56,278 nt of DNA from NCBI GenBank assembly GCA_944386745.1, contig CALXCG010000003.1, positions 1-56,278 on the forward strand, in the 5' to 3' direction. Of this stretch, positions 11,401 to 22,104 are shown piece after piece (position 1 is the first letter of the stretch; the number at the start of each line of letters is the position of its first letter). Made by a program: the position numbers and the translations under genes. This DNA is from an uncultured Clostridia bacterium. GTDB lineage: Bacteria > Bacillota > Clostridia > TANB77 > CAG-508. The notes under the pieces were generated by a model that saw only the letters and a program-made list of their open reading frames with translations, was not told where the DNA came from and did no database searches.

Positions 11401-12439
11401 GAATATTGGTTTAGATTCATTAAGAATAATATCAATGATAATGATATTAGTTTTACACTATATAGGAAAGGGTTCATTACTAGGAGAAACAAACAACAGC
11501 ACATTTTATTATATCTTATACTATTTTTTTGAAGCAATATCAATAATAGCTGTTAATTGTTATGTTTTGATAAGCGGATATTTTTTAATAAATTCTAAAT
11601 TCAAGTGGAAAAAAGTGTTACAACTATGGGGAGAAACTCTTTTCTATTCAATAACTATATATTTTTTAATCGTAGTAATAGGATTAAAAGAATTTGAAAT
11701 TAAAGATGCCATAAAAAGTGCATTACCAATAATGACCAAACAATATTGGTTTGTAAATGTATATTTAATGATGTATATATTAAGTCCGTTTTTAAATAAA
11801 TTAATTAATGCTTTAGAAAAGAAAGAGTATCAAAAGTTATTACTAATTTTAATAGTAGGGTTTAGTGTGGTTAGTATTTTACCTAGTGAATATACATTGG
11901 ATGCTTCAGGGGGATACGGTATTATTTGGTTTGTATGCTTATACTTAATAGCTGCGTATATTAGATTATATGGAAGTCCATTAAAAATATCTTCAAAAAA
12001 GTATTTTATTATTTTCATTTTATGTGCAGTATTTATAACATTAGAAATGTTAGCATCAGATATGTTGTGCAAATATATTGGAAGAACAAGTTTTGCAACT
12101 AAATTTTTACAATATAATAATATAATTGTTTTAATACAATCATTATCATTATTTTTATGTTTGAAAGATTTTAATTTAAGAAATATAGCATTAACAAAAA
12201 TAGTTACATTTGTAGCTCCACTTACTTTTGCCGTTTACCTTATTCATGAGCAATCACAGTTAAGAACAGTTTTATATGACAAAATATTGCATACACAAAA
12301 TTGCTTTCATAACCCATATAGCATTTTTATTGTAGTGTTTAGTGTGCTAGCTATGTTTATAGTATGCGTAGTAATCGAATGGATTAGAAAAAAAGTAGTG
12401 AAAATAATTAAAGGAGAAAATAAAATTTTAAATTCATAA
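11375..12439 (+). CDS. Acyltransferase family 3 (polysaccharide O-acylation)
   Basis: RNIGLDSLRIISM...H, VLISGYF, YWFV, VYLIH. Confidence 0.85.
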   Translation: MEKNKEKSRNIGLDSLRIISMIMILVLHYIGKGSLLGETNNSTFYYILYYFFEAISIIAVNCYVLISGYFLINSKFKWKKVLQLWGETLFYSITIYFLIVVIGLKEFEIKDAIKSALPIMTKQYWFVNVYLMMYILSPFLNKLINALEKKEYQKLLLILIVGFSVVSILPSEYTLDASGGYGIIWFVCLYLIAAYIRLYGSPLKISSKKYFIIFILCAVFITLEMLASDMLCKYIGRTSFATKFLQYNNIIVLIQSLSLFLCLKDFNLRNIALTKIVTFVAPLTFAVYLIHEQSQLRTVLYDKILHTQNCFHNPYSIFIVVFSVLAMFIVCVVIEWIRKKVVKIIKGENKILNS

Positions 12440-12444
12440 AATGC

Positions 12445-12473
12445 TTGCAAAATTGTTTATTAAAAGGTATACT
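12445..12473 (+). promoter_or_regulatory. sigma-A promoter for the chain-length/kinase/phosphatase module
   Basis: TTGCAA, 17 nt, TATACT. Confidence 0.55.
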
Positions 12474-12512
12474 ATAAAAGTAAAAGCAAAAGAAAAGAAA
12501 TAAGGAGGAAAT

Positions 12513-13241
12513 ATGGAAGAATTAGGTTTAAAAGAATTAGTTGAAATATTTTGGAGTAAAAAAGTACAAATAATATTAATATTATTGATATTTGCAGTAA
12601 TAGGCGTAATATATACAATGGGGTTTGTAACACCAGTATATACATCATCAACGAGTTTAGTATTAGCAGGTGCGGAAAGTGAAGGACAAACAGCTAGCAC
12701 AGCAAATTCAATAACAACAACAGATATTACATTAAATTCAAAATTAGTATCTACATATAGTGTAATAGTTAGAAGTAAAGATGTTTTAGGACAAGTTATT
12801 TCTAATCTTGGTATGGATATTTCATGGGAAAGTTTAAGAAATAATGTAACTGTAAGTTCTGTTGAAGATACTGAAGTTATAGAAATATCTGTAACAAATG
12901 GAAGTCCACAATATGCAGCAGATATTGCAAATGAAATAGCTGAAGTTTTTATAGATAAAGTTTCTGGAATATATAATATTAACAATGTTTATGTACTAGA
13001 TAAAGCAGAAGTAGACAATGTACCATCTAATATTAATCATAGTAGAGATGTTATAATTTTTGCTTTTATAGGTGTAGTAGTAGCTGTAGTATATGTATTA
13101 ATAGCTAATATGCTTGATACAACAATAAAATCAGCAGATGATATAGAAAGACAATTTAAATTACCAGTATTAGCATCTATACCAATTTATGGTTCAGATC
13201 TGCAAAAGAAAAAGAAAAAAGGAAAAGGTGGTAGAAAATAA
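12513..13241 (+). CDS. Polysaccharide chain-length determinant / kinase activator (Wzz/CpsC)
   Basis: Two TM segments, PVYTSSTSL, LDTTIKSADDIE, LPVLASIP. Confidence 0.88.
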   Translation: MEELGLKELVEIFWSKKVQIILILLIFAVIGVIYTMGFVTPVYTSSTSLVLAGAESEGQTASTANSITTTDITLNSKLVSTYSVIVRSKDVLGQVISNLGMDISWESLRNNVTVSSVEDTEVIEISVTNGSPQYAADIANEIAEVFIDKVSGIYNINNVYVLDKAEVDNVPSNINHSRDVIIFAFIGVVVAVVYVLIANMLDTTIKSADDIERQFKLPVLASIPIYGSDLQKKKKKGKGGRK

Positions 13242-14206
13242 TGAAAAAAGAATTAATAGCTGAATTAGATCCAAAATCTCCTATTTCAGAAGTATTTAGA
13301 ACATTAAGAACTAATATACAATTTATGAATACAAAAGGAAAATTAAAGACAATTTTAGTAACATCAACATTCCCTGGTGAAGGTAAAAGCTGGGTTGCAT
13401 CAAATTTAGCAGTTACTTTTGCACAAGCTGGTAAAAAAGTTGTTTTAATTGATGCAGATATGAGAAAAGGTAGACAATATAATATTTTTGGTATTTCACC
13501 AATACCAGGTCTTTCAAATTACTTATCTGGAGTAGATATTGATGATGAAGAAAGAGATGTAACAGATATTGCAGATTATGTTCAAGATACAGAAGTTGAT
13601 AACCTTTTTGTTATGCCAGCAGGAAATATTCCGCCAAACCCTTCAGAATTACTAATTTCACCACAAATGGTAGATTTACTAGAACAACTAAAAGAACTAT
13701 GTGATATAGTAATAGTTGATGGAACACCAAACGAATTAGTAACTGACTCATTAATTATAACAAGACTAGTAGATTCAACAATTATTGTTACAGCATGCAA
13801 ACAGACAAAAAAAGATAATTTAAGAAGAGTTATTCAAAACATACAAAATGTAGGTGGGAAAATTGCAGGAGTCGTAGTTAATAAAGTACCAATAGCTGCT
13901 AAGAAATATAAACAATCATATTATTATGGTTCAACTGAAATGTCAAAAGCTCGAAGTGATATGAGAAAAGCTGTGAAACATAATTCAAGAACACAAAACT
14001 CAAATAATACACAAAAAAAATCTCAAAATGTAAAAACAAATAATAATTTACGAGAAACAGAAAAAAACAATTCAAATGAAAATAAAGATGATTTGCAGAG
14101 AAATATAAAAGTTAATACATCTAGTGAAATATCATTAGAAAAAACCAATGATATTTTAAAGCAAATAAATGAATATATAGACAATGAGAAAAAGAACTTG
14201 AAATAA
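13241..14206 (+). CDS. BY-kinase (CpsD/CapB family)
   Basis: SEVFRTLRTN, Walker A PGEGKS, IDADMR, PPNPSELL, tyrosine cluster YKQSYYY. Confidence 0.92.
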   Translation: MKKELIAELDPKSPISEVFRTLRTNIQFMNTKGKLKTILVTSTFPGEGKSWVASNLAVTFAQAGKKVVLIDADMRKGRQYNIFGISPIPGLSNYLSGVDIDDEERDVTDIADYVQDTEVDNLFVMPAGNIPPNPSELLISPQMVDLLEQLKELCDIVIVDGTPNELVTDSLIITRLVDSTIIVTACKQTKKDNLRRVIQNIQNVGGKIAGVVVNKVPIAAKKYKQSYYYGSTEMSKARSDMRKAVKHNSRTQNSNNTQKKSQNVKTNNNLRETEKNNSNENKDDLQRNIKVNTSSEISLEKTNDILKQINEYIDNEKKNLK

Positions 14207-14226
14207 ACAAAAGGAGAAGAAACAAG

Positions 14227-15009
14227 ATGATAGACTTTCATTCACATATATTACCAAATATTGATGATGGATCAAGAAGTATTGAAGAAACATTTAACTT
14301 AATTAAAGAAGCAAAAAATGTAGGGTTTGATGCCATTATATCAACCTCACATTATATGGAAAACTATTATGAAACAGACACACCAGAAAGAGAAGTATGG
14401 GTTAATGCTATTTATGAAAATTTGCAAGCAAAAAATATAGATATAAAACTATATTTAGGAAATGAGATATATTTATCAGAAAATATCATAAAATTATTAG
14501 AAGAAGGCAAAGCATCAACAATTAATGATACAAGTTATGTATTATTTGAAATGCCATTAAATGCAGAGCCTTTGAATTTATATGATATAGTATATCAAAT
14601 GTTACAATGCAAATTAGTACCAATTTTAGCACATCCAGAAAGATATTCTTTTGTGCAAAAAGATCCAGAATTAATATATGACTTAATTCAAAAAGGTGTA
14701 TTAATGCAAGCAAATTATGGCAGTATCATGGGACAATATGGAGAAAAAGCTAAAATAATTGTGAAAAAGTTTTTTGAAAATAGAATGATACATTTTTTAG
14801 GCTCAGATGTTCATAGGCAAAATACAATTTATCCTAGAATACCAGAGATATTATCAATATTAAATGATTTAATAGGAGAAGAAAAATTAGAAGAGCTAAC
14901 AAATACAAATCCATCATTAGTTTTAAAAAACAAAAGAATAAATATAGATGAACCAATACCACTAGAACTAACTTTAAAAGAAAAAATTATTATGAATTTT
15001 AAAAAATAG
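14227..15009 (+). CDS. PHP-family tyrosine phosphatase (CpsB/CapC)
   Basis: IDFHSHILPNIDDGS, TSH, AHPERY, GSDVH. Confidence 0.92.
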   Translation: MIDFHSHILPNIDDGSRSIEETFNLIKEAKNVGFDAIISTSHYMENYYETDTPEREVWVNAIYENLQAKNIDIKLYLGNEIYLSENIIKLLEEGKASTINDTSYVLFEMPLNAEPLNLYDIVYQMLQCKLVPILAHPERYSFVQKDPELIYDLIQKGVLMQANYGSIMGQYGEKAKIIVKKFFENRMIHFLGSDVHRQNTIYPRIPEILSILNDLIGEEKLEELTNTNPSLVLKNKRINIDEPIPLELTLKEKIIMNFKK

Positions 15010-15068
15010 GGATTAGGGGACGGTCCTAAAAATCCCTAAAATTAGGGATTTAGGGACGGACTTTAAAT
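15008..15068 (+). repeat. REP-like doublet (GGGATT-arm class)
   Basis: AGGGATTAGGGGACGGTCCTAAAAATCCCT...AGGGATTTAGGGACGGACCTTTAAA; near-identical copies at 28523, 40857, 51335 and 54567. Confidence 0.85.
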
Positions 15069-15097
15069 TTATAGTCTAGGAAAGGAAGTAAATAATT

Positions 15098-16462
15098 ATG
15101 AGAAAATATTTTGGAACCGATGGAATTAGAAGAATCGCAAATACAGAACTAACACCTGAGTTAGTGTATAAAGTTGCAAAGGCAGGAGCATATGTATTAT
15201 CAAAACATACAGACCATACACCAACAATTTTAATTGGTAGAGATACACGTATATCTGGAACACTAATTGAAAGTGCAATGGTAGCAGGATTTTTAAGTTA
15301 TGGAGCAAATGTTAAACTTTTAGGAGTTATACCAACACCAGCAGTTGCATATTTAACAAGAAAACTAAATGCAGATGCAAGTGTTGTTATTTCAGCATCA
15401 CATAATACATATGAATTCAATGGAATCAAATATTTTAGTAATAAAGGAATGAAAATACCTGATTCATTAGAAGAAGAAATAGAAGAAGTAATGGAATCAG
15501 GAAAATTAGATGAATTAAAAGCAGTTAATGATAAAATTGGAGTTTCAGAATATGCTCTTGAATTAATGGATGAATATGTATATTTCTTTAGAAAACATTT
15601 TGATGATGTAATTGAACAAAACATGAAGAAAGATTTCATTGTAGGTCTGGACACAGCAAATGGCGCAACATCTGTTGTGGCTGAGAAGGTGTTTAAAGTT
15701 TTAGGTATACCATATAAAATAATTAACAATCATCCAGATGGAATAAATATAAATGATAATTGTGGTTCTACTCATTTAGATGGATTAAAGAAATTTGTAG
15801 TAGATAATAAATTAAGTTTAGGTATTGCATATGATGGTGATGGAGATCGTTGTTTAGCTATTGATGAAAACGGAAATGAAATTGATGGAGATAAATTATT
15901 AGCTATTATTTCAAATAACTTAAGAAAAAAAGGAAAATTAAACAAAGATACTATAGTTGCAACTGTTATGAGTAATTTAGGACTAAATAAATATGCAAGA
16001 GACAATGGATTAGAACTATTACAAACTAAAGTTGGAGATAGATATGTTCTTGAAGAAATGCTTAAAGATGGATTTAACCTTGGTGGAGAACAATCTGGCC
16101 ATGTTATTTTATTAGATTATAACCCAACGGGTGATGGTATTTTAACTTCATTAATGTTAATACAAGCTATATTAGAAGAAAACAAAAAAGCATCAGAATT
16201 AGGAAGTATTGTTAAGCTATATCCTCAAGTATTAATAAATGCTAAAGTAAATGCTGATAAGAAATATGATTATGAAAAAGATGCAACTATAAAAGAAGCA
16301 ATTGATAAATTAGAAAAAGAGTTTGCTGGAAATGGAAGAGTACTAATTAGACCATCAGGTACAGAACCTTTAGTTAGAGTTATGATTGAAGGAGAGAATC
16401 AAGATTATATTACAAAAAAAGCTAGAGAAATCGCGGATTTGATTGAAAAAAACCTAAAATAG
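15098..16462 (+). CDS. glmM: Phosphoglucosamine mutase
   Basis: KYFGTDG, ISASHN, DGDGDR, GGEQSGH, RPSGTEP. Confidence 0.95.
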   Translation: MRKYFGTDGIRRIANTELTPELVYKVAKAGAYVLSKHTDHTPTILIGRDTRISGTLIESAMVAGFLSYGANVKLLGVIPTPAVAYLTRKLNADASVVISASHNTYEFNGIKYFSNKGMKIPDSLEEEIEEVMESGKLDELKAVNDKIGVSEYALELMDEYVYFFRKHFDDVIEQNMKKDFIVGLDTANGATSVVAEKVFKVLGIPYKIINNHPDGININDNCGSTHLDGLKKFVVDNKLSLGIAYDGDGDRCLAIDENGNEIDGDKLLAIISNNLRKKGKLNKDTIVATVMSNLGLNKYARDNGLELLQTKVGDRYVLEEMLKDGFNLGGEQSGHVILLDYNPTGDGILTSLMLIQAILEENKKASELGSIVKLYPQVLINAKVNADKKYDYEKDATIKEAIDKLEKEFAGNGRVLIRPSGTEPLVRVMIEGENQDYITKKAREIADLIEKNLK

Positions 16463-16593
16463 AATTAGAAATTGATTTGGTACCACAAAACGTAATAATT
16501 TTGTAATAAAAACGTAATATAAAATTAATTGAATAAATATTAGAAAAGTGATACTATAAATTCATAAAACAGAAGAAAAACGGAGGAATTAAT

Positions 16594-16932
16594 ATGTTTA
16601 TTTTTGATATTTCAAATCCATTAACATTAATATTAATGTTAGTAGCAACAGTCTTACTAATATTTCTATCTCAAGAAATTAAAAAGAGTTATATTACGGC
16701 AATAACACTATTCGTATACTTGGTAATATTAGTTGTACATGTAACACAAATAGCAACACTATCAGAAGAATTTAGATATATGATTACTACATTATCTAGA
16801 TGTATAGCAATCGATTTCGTATTCGTATTAATAACATTTTTCTCATATTTATGGGTTGACGATATTGAAGCGAAAGCGAGCGGTAAAAAGAGTATTGATA
16901 ATAGTTTAGATTGGTTCTGGAAAAAAGTATAA
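16594..16932 (+). CDS. Small membrane protein of unknown function
   Basis: GGAGG RBS, three hydrophobic segments, downstream hairpin terminator. Confidence 0.7.
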   Translation: MFIFDISNPLTLILMLVATVLLIFLSQEIKKSYITAITLFVYLVILVVHVTQIATLSEEFRYMITTLSRCIAIDFVFVLITFFSYLWVDDIEAKASGKKSIDNSLDWFWKKV

Positions 16933-17066
16933 ATGTTTAATAATCATAGATTAACAATGTTAAAGTTGAGGGATTTTATATTTTACCTCAGCTTTTTATT
17001 TATACATATATTAGAAAAGTCAAGCATATATATAATATAGTAGATTTTAAAACTAAGGAGAAAAAT

Positions 17067-18278
17067 ATGTTTAATGTTACTATATTAAAGATGCGAGATA
17101 TAATAAAATATTTGATGGGAATAATTTTAACAATTTCAATTGTAGTCATCATTAGTAAACAACTTTCAAAAGACAATACAAATAATACAAATGAAGAAAA
17201 AATCGTAAATGAAGTAAAGAATGGAATAAGTATGCTATCAGAGCAAAGTTTTCTCGGATGCTTTGAACAAACAGTAGCAAGTATGGCAAATCTTAATGAA
17301 GAATATAGCAAGGTAGCTAAAGAAGATGATCATAGTAGAGAAGATATATTGCAAGGAGTACTAGAAACACAAATTAGTTCAATAAAAGGTATAGGAAATT
17401 TAGAAAATGAAACTAATAATCAAGATTCAAAAAATCTCCAAGATAATACATCAGAAAATGTGGAATCATCAAATGAGGCTCAGGAAGTGACAAATCAAAA
17501 TGCAGAAGTAGCAGAAGCTGGAGTAAAAACAGAAGTAATAACAAATAATCCAATAACAGAGTCATACAATGTAGAATATGGAAAAGTCAAAATAAAAAAC
17601 GAAACAGATTATGAATTGACTCAAGAAATGTTAACACCTGATATAACAATAGAAAACAAAAATATAATTTTATTTCATACACATAGTTGTGAAAGTTATA
17701 CATCAAGTGAAGCATATCCATATACACCAACAGGAAATTATAGAACAACAGATTTAAACTTCACAGTAACAAGAGTAGGAACAGAACTAGAAACTCAGTT
17801 AAAGCAATATAATTATAATGTAGTACATAATACAGATTATCATGATTATCCAGCATATAATGGGTCATATACACGTTCTTTAAAAACTGTAGAAAATATA
17901 TTGCAAACAACCCCATCAGATATTATAATAGATGTACATAGAGATGCGATTGGTTCTAGAAGTGATTATGCACCAACTGTAAAAATAGGAGATACAGATG
18001 AGGCTGCACAAATTATGTTTGTCATTGGAACAAATGCAGGAGGTCTATGGCATCCAAACTGGAATCAAAATTTGAAATTTGCAATAAAAATTCAAGAAAA
18101 AGCAGAAGAAATGTATCCGGGGTTATTTAAGCCAATTATGCTTACAAAATCAAGATACAATCAGCACACAGGAAAATTTGCAAGCATAATAGAGGTTGGT
18201 GCAACTGGAAATACATTAGAACAATGCTTGACAAGTATGAAATATTTAGCTAAAGTAATGAATGAGGTAATTAAATGA
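17067..18278 (+). CDS. spoIIP: Stage II sporulation protein P (amidase/endopeptidase)
   Basis: N-terminal TM; FHTHSCESY, IDVHRD, RYNQH, IIEVG. Confidence 0.88.
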   Translation: MFNVTILKMRDIIKYLMGIILTISIVVIISKQLSKDNTNNTNEEKIVNEVKNGISMLSEQSFLGCFEQTVASMANLNEEYSKVAKEDDHSREDILQGVLETQISSIKGIGNLENETNNQDSKNLQDNTSENVESSNEAQEVTNQNAEVAEAGVKTEVITNNPITESYNVEYGKVKIKNETDYELTQEMLTPDITIENKNIILFHTHSCESYTSSEAYPYTPTGNYRTTDLNFTVTRVGTELETQLKQYNYNVVHNTDYHDYPAYNGSYTRSLKTVENILQTTPSDIIIDVHRDAIGSRSDYAPTVKIGDTDEAAQIMFVIGTNAGGLWHPNWNQNLKFAIKIQEKAEEMYPGLFKPIMLTKSRYNQHTGKFASIIEVGATGNTLEQCLTSMKYLAKVMNEVIK

Positions 18279-19105
18279 GATATGTTAATAATAATAAAAT
18301 AAATAAATTAAATTTAAATAAGGACAATACATATATAGTAATGGATTTTGATAAAACAATCACTTCTTATGACAGTTCAGATTCTTGGGATGCTGTTGCA
18401 AACCCAAAGTTTGTAGGACAAGGCATAAGAAATGATATGGATAAGTTATATAAGAAATATAGACCAATAGAAATTGATTATACTATCAGCAAGCAGGAAA
18501 AATTAAAACAGATGGAAATATGGTATTCTGAATGTATGGATTTATATTATAAATATAATCTAACAAAGGAGCAAATAAAGAATTCAATACAGGCAAGTGA
18601 TATTAAATTCAGAAAAGGTGCAAAGGAGTTATTAACTTTAGCACATGATAATAATATACCAGTAATAATTTTATCAGCAGGTATAGGAAATTCAATTGAA
18701 CAATTTTTAAAAGATAGTAATTGTTTATTTAATGATACAATGTATATAATAAGTAATTTTATAGAATTTGATGATAATGGCAAAGTTACAAAGTTTGATG
18801 ATTCTAAAATGATTCATACACTAAATAAAACTATGAATGGACATTTGCCGGAAGAGTTTATTGAAAAAGTAAAGGACAGGCAATATAAGATGCTTATTGG
18901 TGATTTAATTGAAGATATAAAAATGGTAGATGAAAAAGAGGAAAGTACAACTTTAAGGATAGGAATATTAACTAAAGAAATGGAAAATGAAGAAAATCTA
19001 AAGTTATATAATGAAAGATTTGATGTGGTCTTAACTGAAGAAGAAGATTTGTCCATTTGGGGACGTTTCATTTTGGACAAAAATGTTCATTTAGGGACAT
19101 ATTAG
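18275..19105 (+). CDS. HAD-family pyrimidine 5'-nucleotidase-like protein
   Basis: DFDKTIT, ILSAGIG, IISN, LIGD..ED. Confidence 0.75.
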   Translation: MRYVNNNKINKLNLNKDNTYIVMDFDKTITSYDSSDSWDAVANPKFVGQGIRNDMDKLYKKYRPIEIDYTISKQEKLKQMEIWYSECMDLYYKYNLTKEQIKNSIQASDIKFRKGAKELLTLAHDNNIPVIILSAGIGNSIEQFLKDSNCLFNDTMYIISNFIEFDDNGKVTKFDDSKMIHTLNKTMNGHLPEEFIEKVKDRQYKMLIGDLIEDIKMVDEKEESTTLRIGILTKEMENEENLKLYNERFDVVLTEEEDLSIWGRFILDKNVHLGTY

Positions 19106-19148
19106 AAAGAGCAAAAAATGTTAAAAAAGGGACACACATGTGTCCCTA
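19049..19148 (+). repeat. Cluster of REP-like units (TGTCCA/TGTTCA-arm class)
   Basis: TTGTCCA-TTTGGGGACGTTTCATTT-TGGACAA followed by two degenerate GGGACA units; similar to 55131-55180. Confidence 0.7.
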
Positions 19149-19160
19149 GTTTTAAGTCTA

Positions 19161-19916
19161 TTAAATTTCTATTAAATCTTGCCAATACTTTTTAGGCATA
19201 AATTGCATTTGACATCTTGGATTTTTTCTTTCTTTAATAGCGATAGTTTGAAAAAACATTTTCCACAAACCTTGATAAGTTTTTTCTTCTTCTGATATTT
19301 CAGGTATTTTTAAATTTGAACTATCTACAATTCTGTATTCTTTGCAATTATAAATAAAACAAATTTCTCTGTTTTTATCATGAATGATAAAATTCATAGA
19401 AGGTAAGCGATTAATAAAATGATGTCCTAGAGGTTCAATAATATTATTGTCTGGATGGATTTTAGCATAGCAAAGATTTTCGCCGATTTCTTGAAAACGC
19501 AATAAACCTTTCAATTTGTGACATTCAGCTAAAGCTCGTTTTCTCATGTTAATAACTTTGAATACATAAGAAATTGTTAGCATATTATTGATTTTTGGAC
19601 CAATATCAAAACCATTACATAAATATTTTAGAATATATATTTCTTTATCTTTCTCATTTGAGAGAAAAGCATTGTAACTATTATATAATGCTTCATAACA
19701 AATATTTTTTTCAATTCCTAAAAATACTCTTTGTGATTTTTCATAATCTGTTTCTATGTATTCTGTTTTGTCTAAAAAATTTTGAGTGTATTCATTTGCA
19801 TTATAAATTTTTTGTGACAATGTTTTATTTGAATATGAATTAAAAACAATAGTTAAAAGACCATCAAAAGTTCCGTCATATAAATAGGTTTTGTTTATAA
19901 GTTTCCAGTTAGACAT
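19161..19916 (-). CDS. DUF4130 / TIGR03915-type putative DNA metabolism protein
   Basis: YLYDGTFDGLLT, HKLKGLLRF, HFINRLP..FIIHD, ERKNPRCQMQFMPKKYW; paired with the radical SAM gene. Confidence 0.85.
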   Translation of the reverse strand: MSNWKLINKTYLYDGTFDGLLTIVFNSYSNKTLSQKIYNANEYTQNFLDKTEYIETDYEKSQRVFLGIEKNICYEALYNSYNAFLSNEKDKEIYILKYLCNGFDIGPKINNMLTISYVFKVINMRKRALAECHKLKGLLRFQEIGENLCYAKIHPDNNIIEPLGHHFINRLPSMNFIIHDKNREICFIYNCKEYRIVDSSNLKIPEISEEEKTYQGLWKMFFQTIAIKERKNPRCQMQFMPKKYWQDLIEI

Positions 19917-21313
19917 TTTATTTTATCCTCCTTTGTAGGTTGTAATTTGTTAAATAACAAAGTTTTTTCATTTGTTGCAATATTATACAGATTGTTATTT
20001 ATCAAGCTATTTTTGTAATTATTGTTTTTATCAAGAGTTTCATAAATGCTTGAGCTAAAATTATTACTAAACAAAGATAATTGTTCATAATTTAATTTTC
20101 TATTATTATCAACTTTTTCTTGATAAACCAAATTTGTTTCAATAAAGTTATGATTAAATTTATATACTTTATCAAAATATTTGCCTTTGCAGGTAATAAA
20201 ATATTTTGCACGTTTCAAAACAACTCCTAACTTTTTTAGAGCTTCAAAATCTAGTGAAAAAGTTCGCCTTGCACGTATAATCTTTTTAGCTGAAACAACT
20301 CCAATTCCTGGAATTCTAAGTAAAGTAAAATAATCAGCAGTATTTATTTCAATAGGAAATTTGTCAATATGTCTTAGAGCCCAATCACATTTGGGGTCTA
20401 ATATGTGGTTGAAGTTAGGATGTGATTCGTCTAAAAGTTCATCTGCTTTAAAGCCATAGAAACGTAAAAGCCAATCAGCTTGATATAGCCTATTTTCACG
20501 AAGTAGAGGTGGAGCTTCTAAAGTAGGAAGGTTTCTATCATTATTTATACTTATGTATGCAGAATAATATACTCTTTTTAATTTTAATTTTTGATATAAA
20601 CCTTCAGAAAGCTTTAGAATCTTTAAATCACTTTCAGGTGTTGCTCCAATAATCATTTGAGTGGTTTGTCCTGCAGGTACAAATTTTGGTTTGAACTTAC
20701 TTTTAATTATTTTATTTGCTTGTATGTTATTTGAAATATAGTTCATAGGTTTTAAAATGCCTGTTTTTTCTTTTTGTGGAGCAAGTAATTTTAAGCTATC
20801 ATTAGAAGGCAATTCAATATTAATACTCATTCTATCAACTAATGTACCTAATTTATCGATTAATTCTTTGCTACATCCAGGTATTGTTTTACAGTGTATA
20901 TATCCGTTAAAGTTATATTCATTCCTTAATATAGCTGCAGTTTGAACTAACATTTCCATAGTATAGTCAGGTGATTTTATAACAGCAGAACTTAAAAATA
21001 AACCTTCTATGTAATTTCTTTTATAAAAATTTATAGTTAAATTTGCAATTTCTCGAGGTGTGAAAGTAGCTCTTTTAACAGAGTTTGTTGCACGATTAAT
21101 ACAATATTTACAATCATACATACAGGAATTTGTCATTAGAATTTTTAATAAAGAAATACATCTTCCATCAGCACCCCAACTATGACAAATTCCAGAAACA
21201 TGTCCATTTCCGATTCCATTATTTTTGTTTTTTCTATTACTTCCACTAGAACTACAGGAAGCATCATATTTTGCAGAATCTGCTAATATCTTTAGTTTTT
21301 CGAATATATCCAT
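19895..21313 (-). CDS. Putative DNA modification/repair radical SAM protein (TIGR03916-type) with HhH motif
   Basis: AKYDASCSSSG, CMYDCKYC (CX3CX2C), RLYQADWLLRFYGF, LLRIPGIG. Confidence 0.9.
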   Translation of the reverse strand: MDIFEKLKILADSAKYDASCSSSGSNRKNKNNGIGNGHVSGICHSWGADGRCISLLKILMTNSCMYDCKYCINRATNSVKRATFTPREIANLTINFYKRNYIEGLFLSSAVIKSPDYTMEMLVQTAAILRNEYNFNGYIHCKTIPGCSKELIDKLGTLVDRMSINIELPSNDSLKLLAPQKEKTGILKPMNYISNNIQANKIIKSKFKPKFVPAGQTTQMIIGATPESDLKILKLSEGLYQKLKLKRVYYSAYISINNDRNLPTLEAPPLLRENRLYQADWLLRFYGFKADELLDESHPNFNHILDPKCDWALRHIDKFPIEINTADYFTLLRIPGIGVVSAKKIIRARRTFSLDFEALKKLGVVLKRAKYFITCKGKYFDKVYKFNHNFIETNLVYQEKVDNNRKLNYEQLSLFSNNFSSSIYETLDKNNNYKNSLINNNLYNIATNEKTLLFNKLQPTKEDKIKCLTGNL

Positions 21314-21345
21314 TTTTTATCCTCACATACCAAACATTTGTACAT

Positions 21346-21373
21346 ATTATATCACAAAAAAATTAAATGTCAA
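21346..21373 (-). promoter_or_regulatory. sigma-A promoter of the radical SAM operon, flanked by SOS-box-like sites
   Basis: Minus strand: TTGACA, 16 nt, TATAAT with an extended TG. Confidence 0.6.
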
Positions 21374-21427
21374 ATATTTGTTTGGGAAAAGAACAATTCA
21401 TGGAATAAAATATAAAAATACAGTATA

Positions 21428-21463
21428 ATTGAGCCTTAAAATAGTAAAAAATAAGGCTCAATT
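21428..21463. terminator. Hairpin terminator downstream of the YcxB-like gene
   Basis: AATTGAGCCTTA...TAAGGCTCAATT inverted repeat. Confidence 0.6.
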
Positions 21464-21471
21464 CAAATGAA

Positions 21472-21993
21472 TTATTTAAATGGCAAAAAAGATTTTTTCT
21501 TTTTAATGAAATTATAAAAATCTTTTGGACTTCCTACAATAAAACCAGATTTATCAATCAAATATGCATAAGTTTTATCTATATATAAATAAAAGAAATC
21601 TTTGGTTGAAAAAATACGATACAATTTGTGATATTTTATTTTAGAAATATTCTTTTTGTCTTGCACAGTAAAATAATTATCATAAAAATTAAATATATAA
21701 GTAGTAGAATTTTGTATTTTCTTGCTTTTATATTCTTTTACAACATCAGAAATAGGCTTAAAAAATCTCCAAATTATAAAACCAACAAGTATAATGCAAA
21801 AAACGATAGCACTACTATATATATGATATGCAACTAGGTAAACTATACATGCTAAAATTATACCTATGATTAATATATTATATATTTTATATCTCAAACC
21901 AAACTTTTTTCTATGAAACTCTAAAAATTTATCATAAACTTCTTTAGAATAAGTAGTTTTATTTTTAAATAAAGCTTTCAAAATTATCACCAA
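21472..21993 (-). CDS. YcxB-like membrane protein
   Basis: Two TM segments followed by a soluble C-terminal domain (FFYLYI..AYLIDK). Confidence 0.65.
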   Translation of the reverse strand: MVIILKALFKNKTTYSKEVYDKFLEFHRKKFGLRYKIYNILIIGIILACIVYLVAYHIYSSAIVFCIILVGFIIWRFFKPISDVVKEYKSKKIQNSTTYIFNFYDNYFTVQDKKNISKIKYHKLYRIFSTKDFFYLYIDKTYAYLIDKSGFIVGSPKDFYNFIKKKKSFLPFK

Positions 21994-22104
21994 TCAAAGT
22001 ATATCATAATATACGAAAAAAAGACAATTATTTTTCATAAATAAATATTGAATAAATATTCTAACTAATATATAATTTAAACATGAAAAGTAAGAGGTGA
22101 TGTT

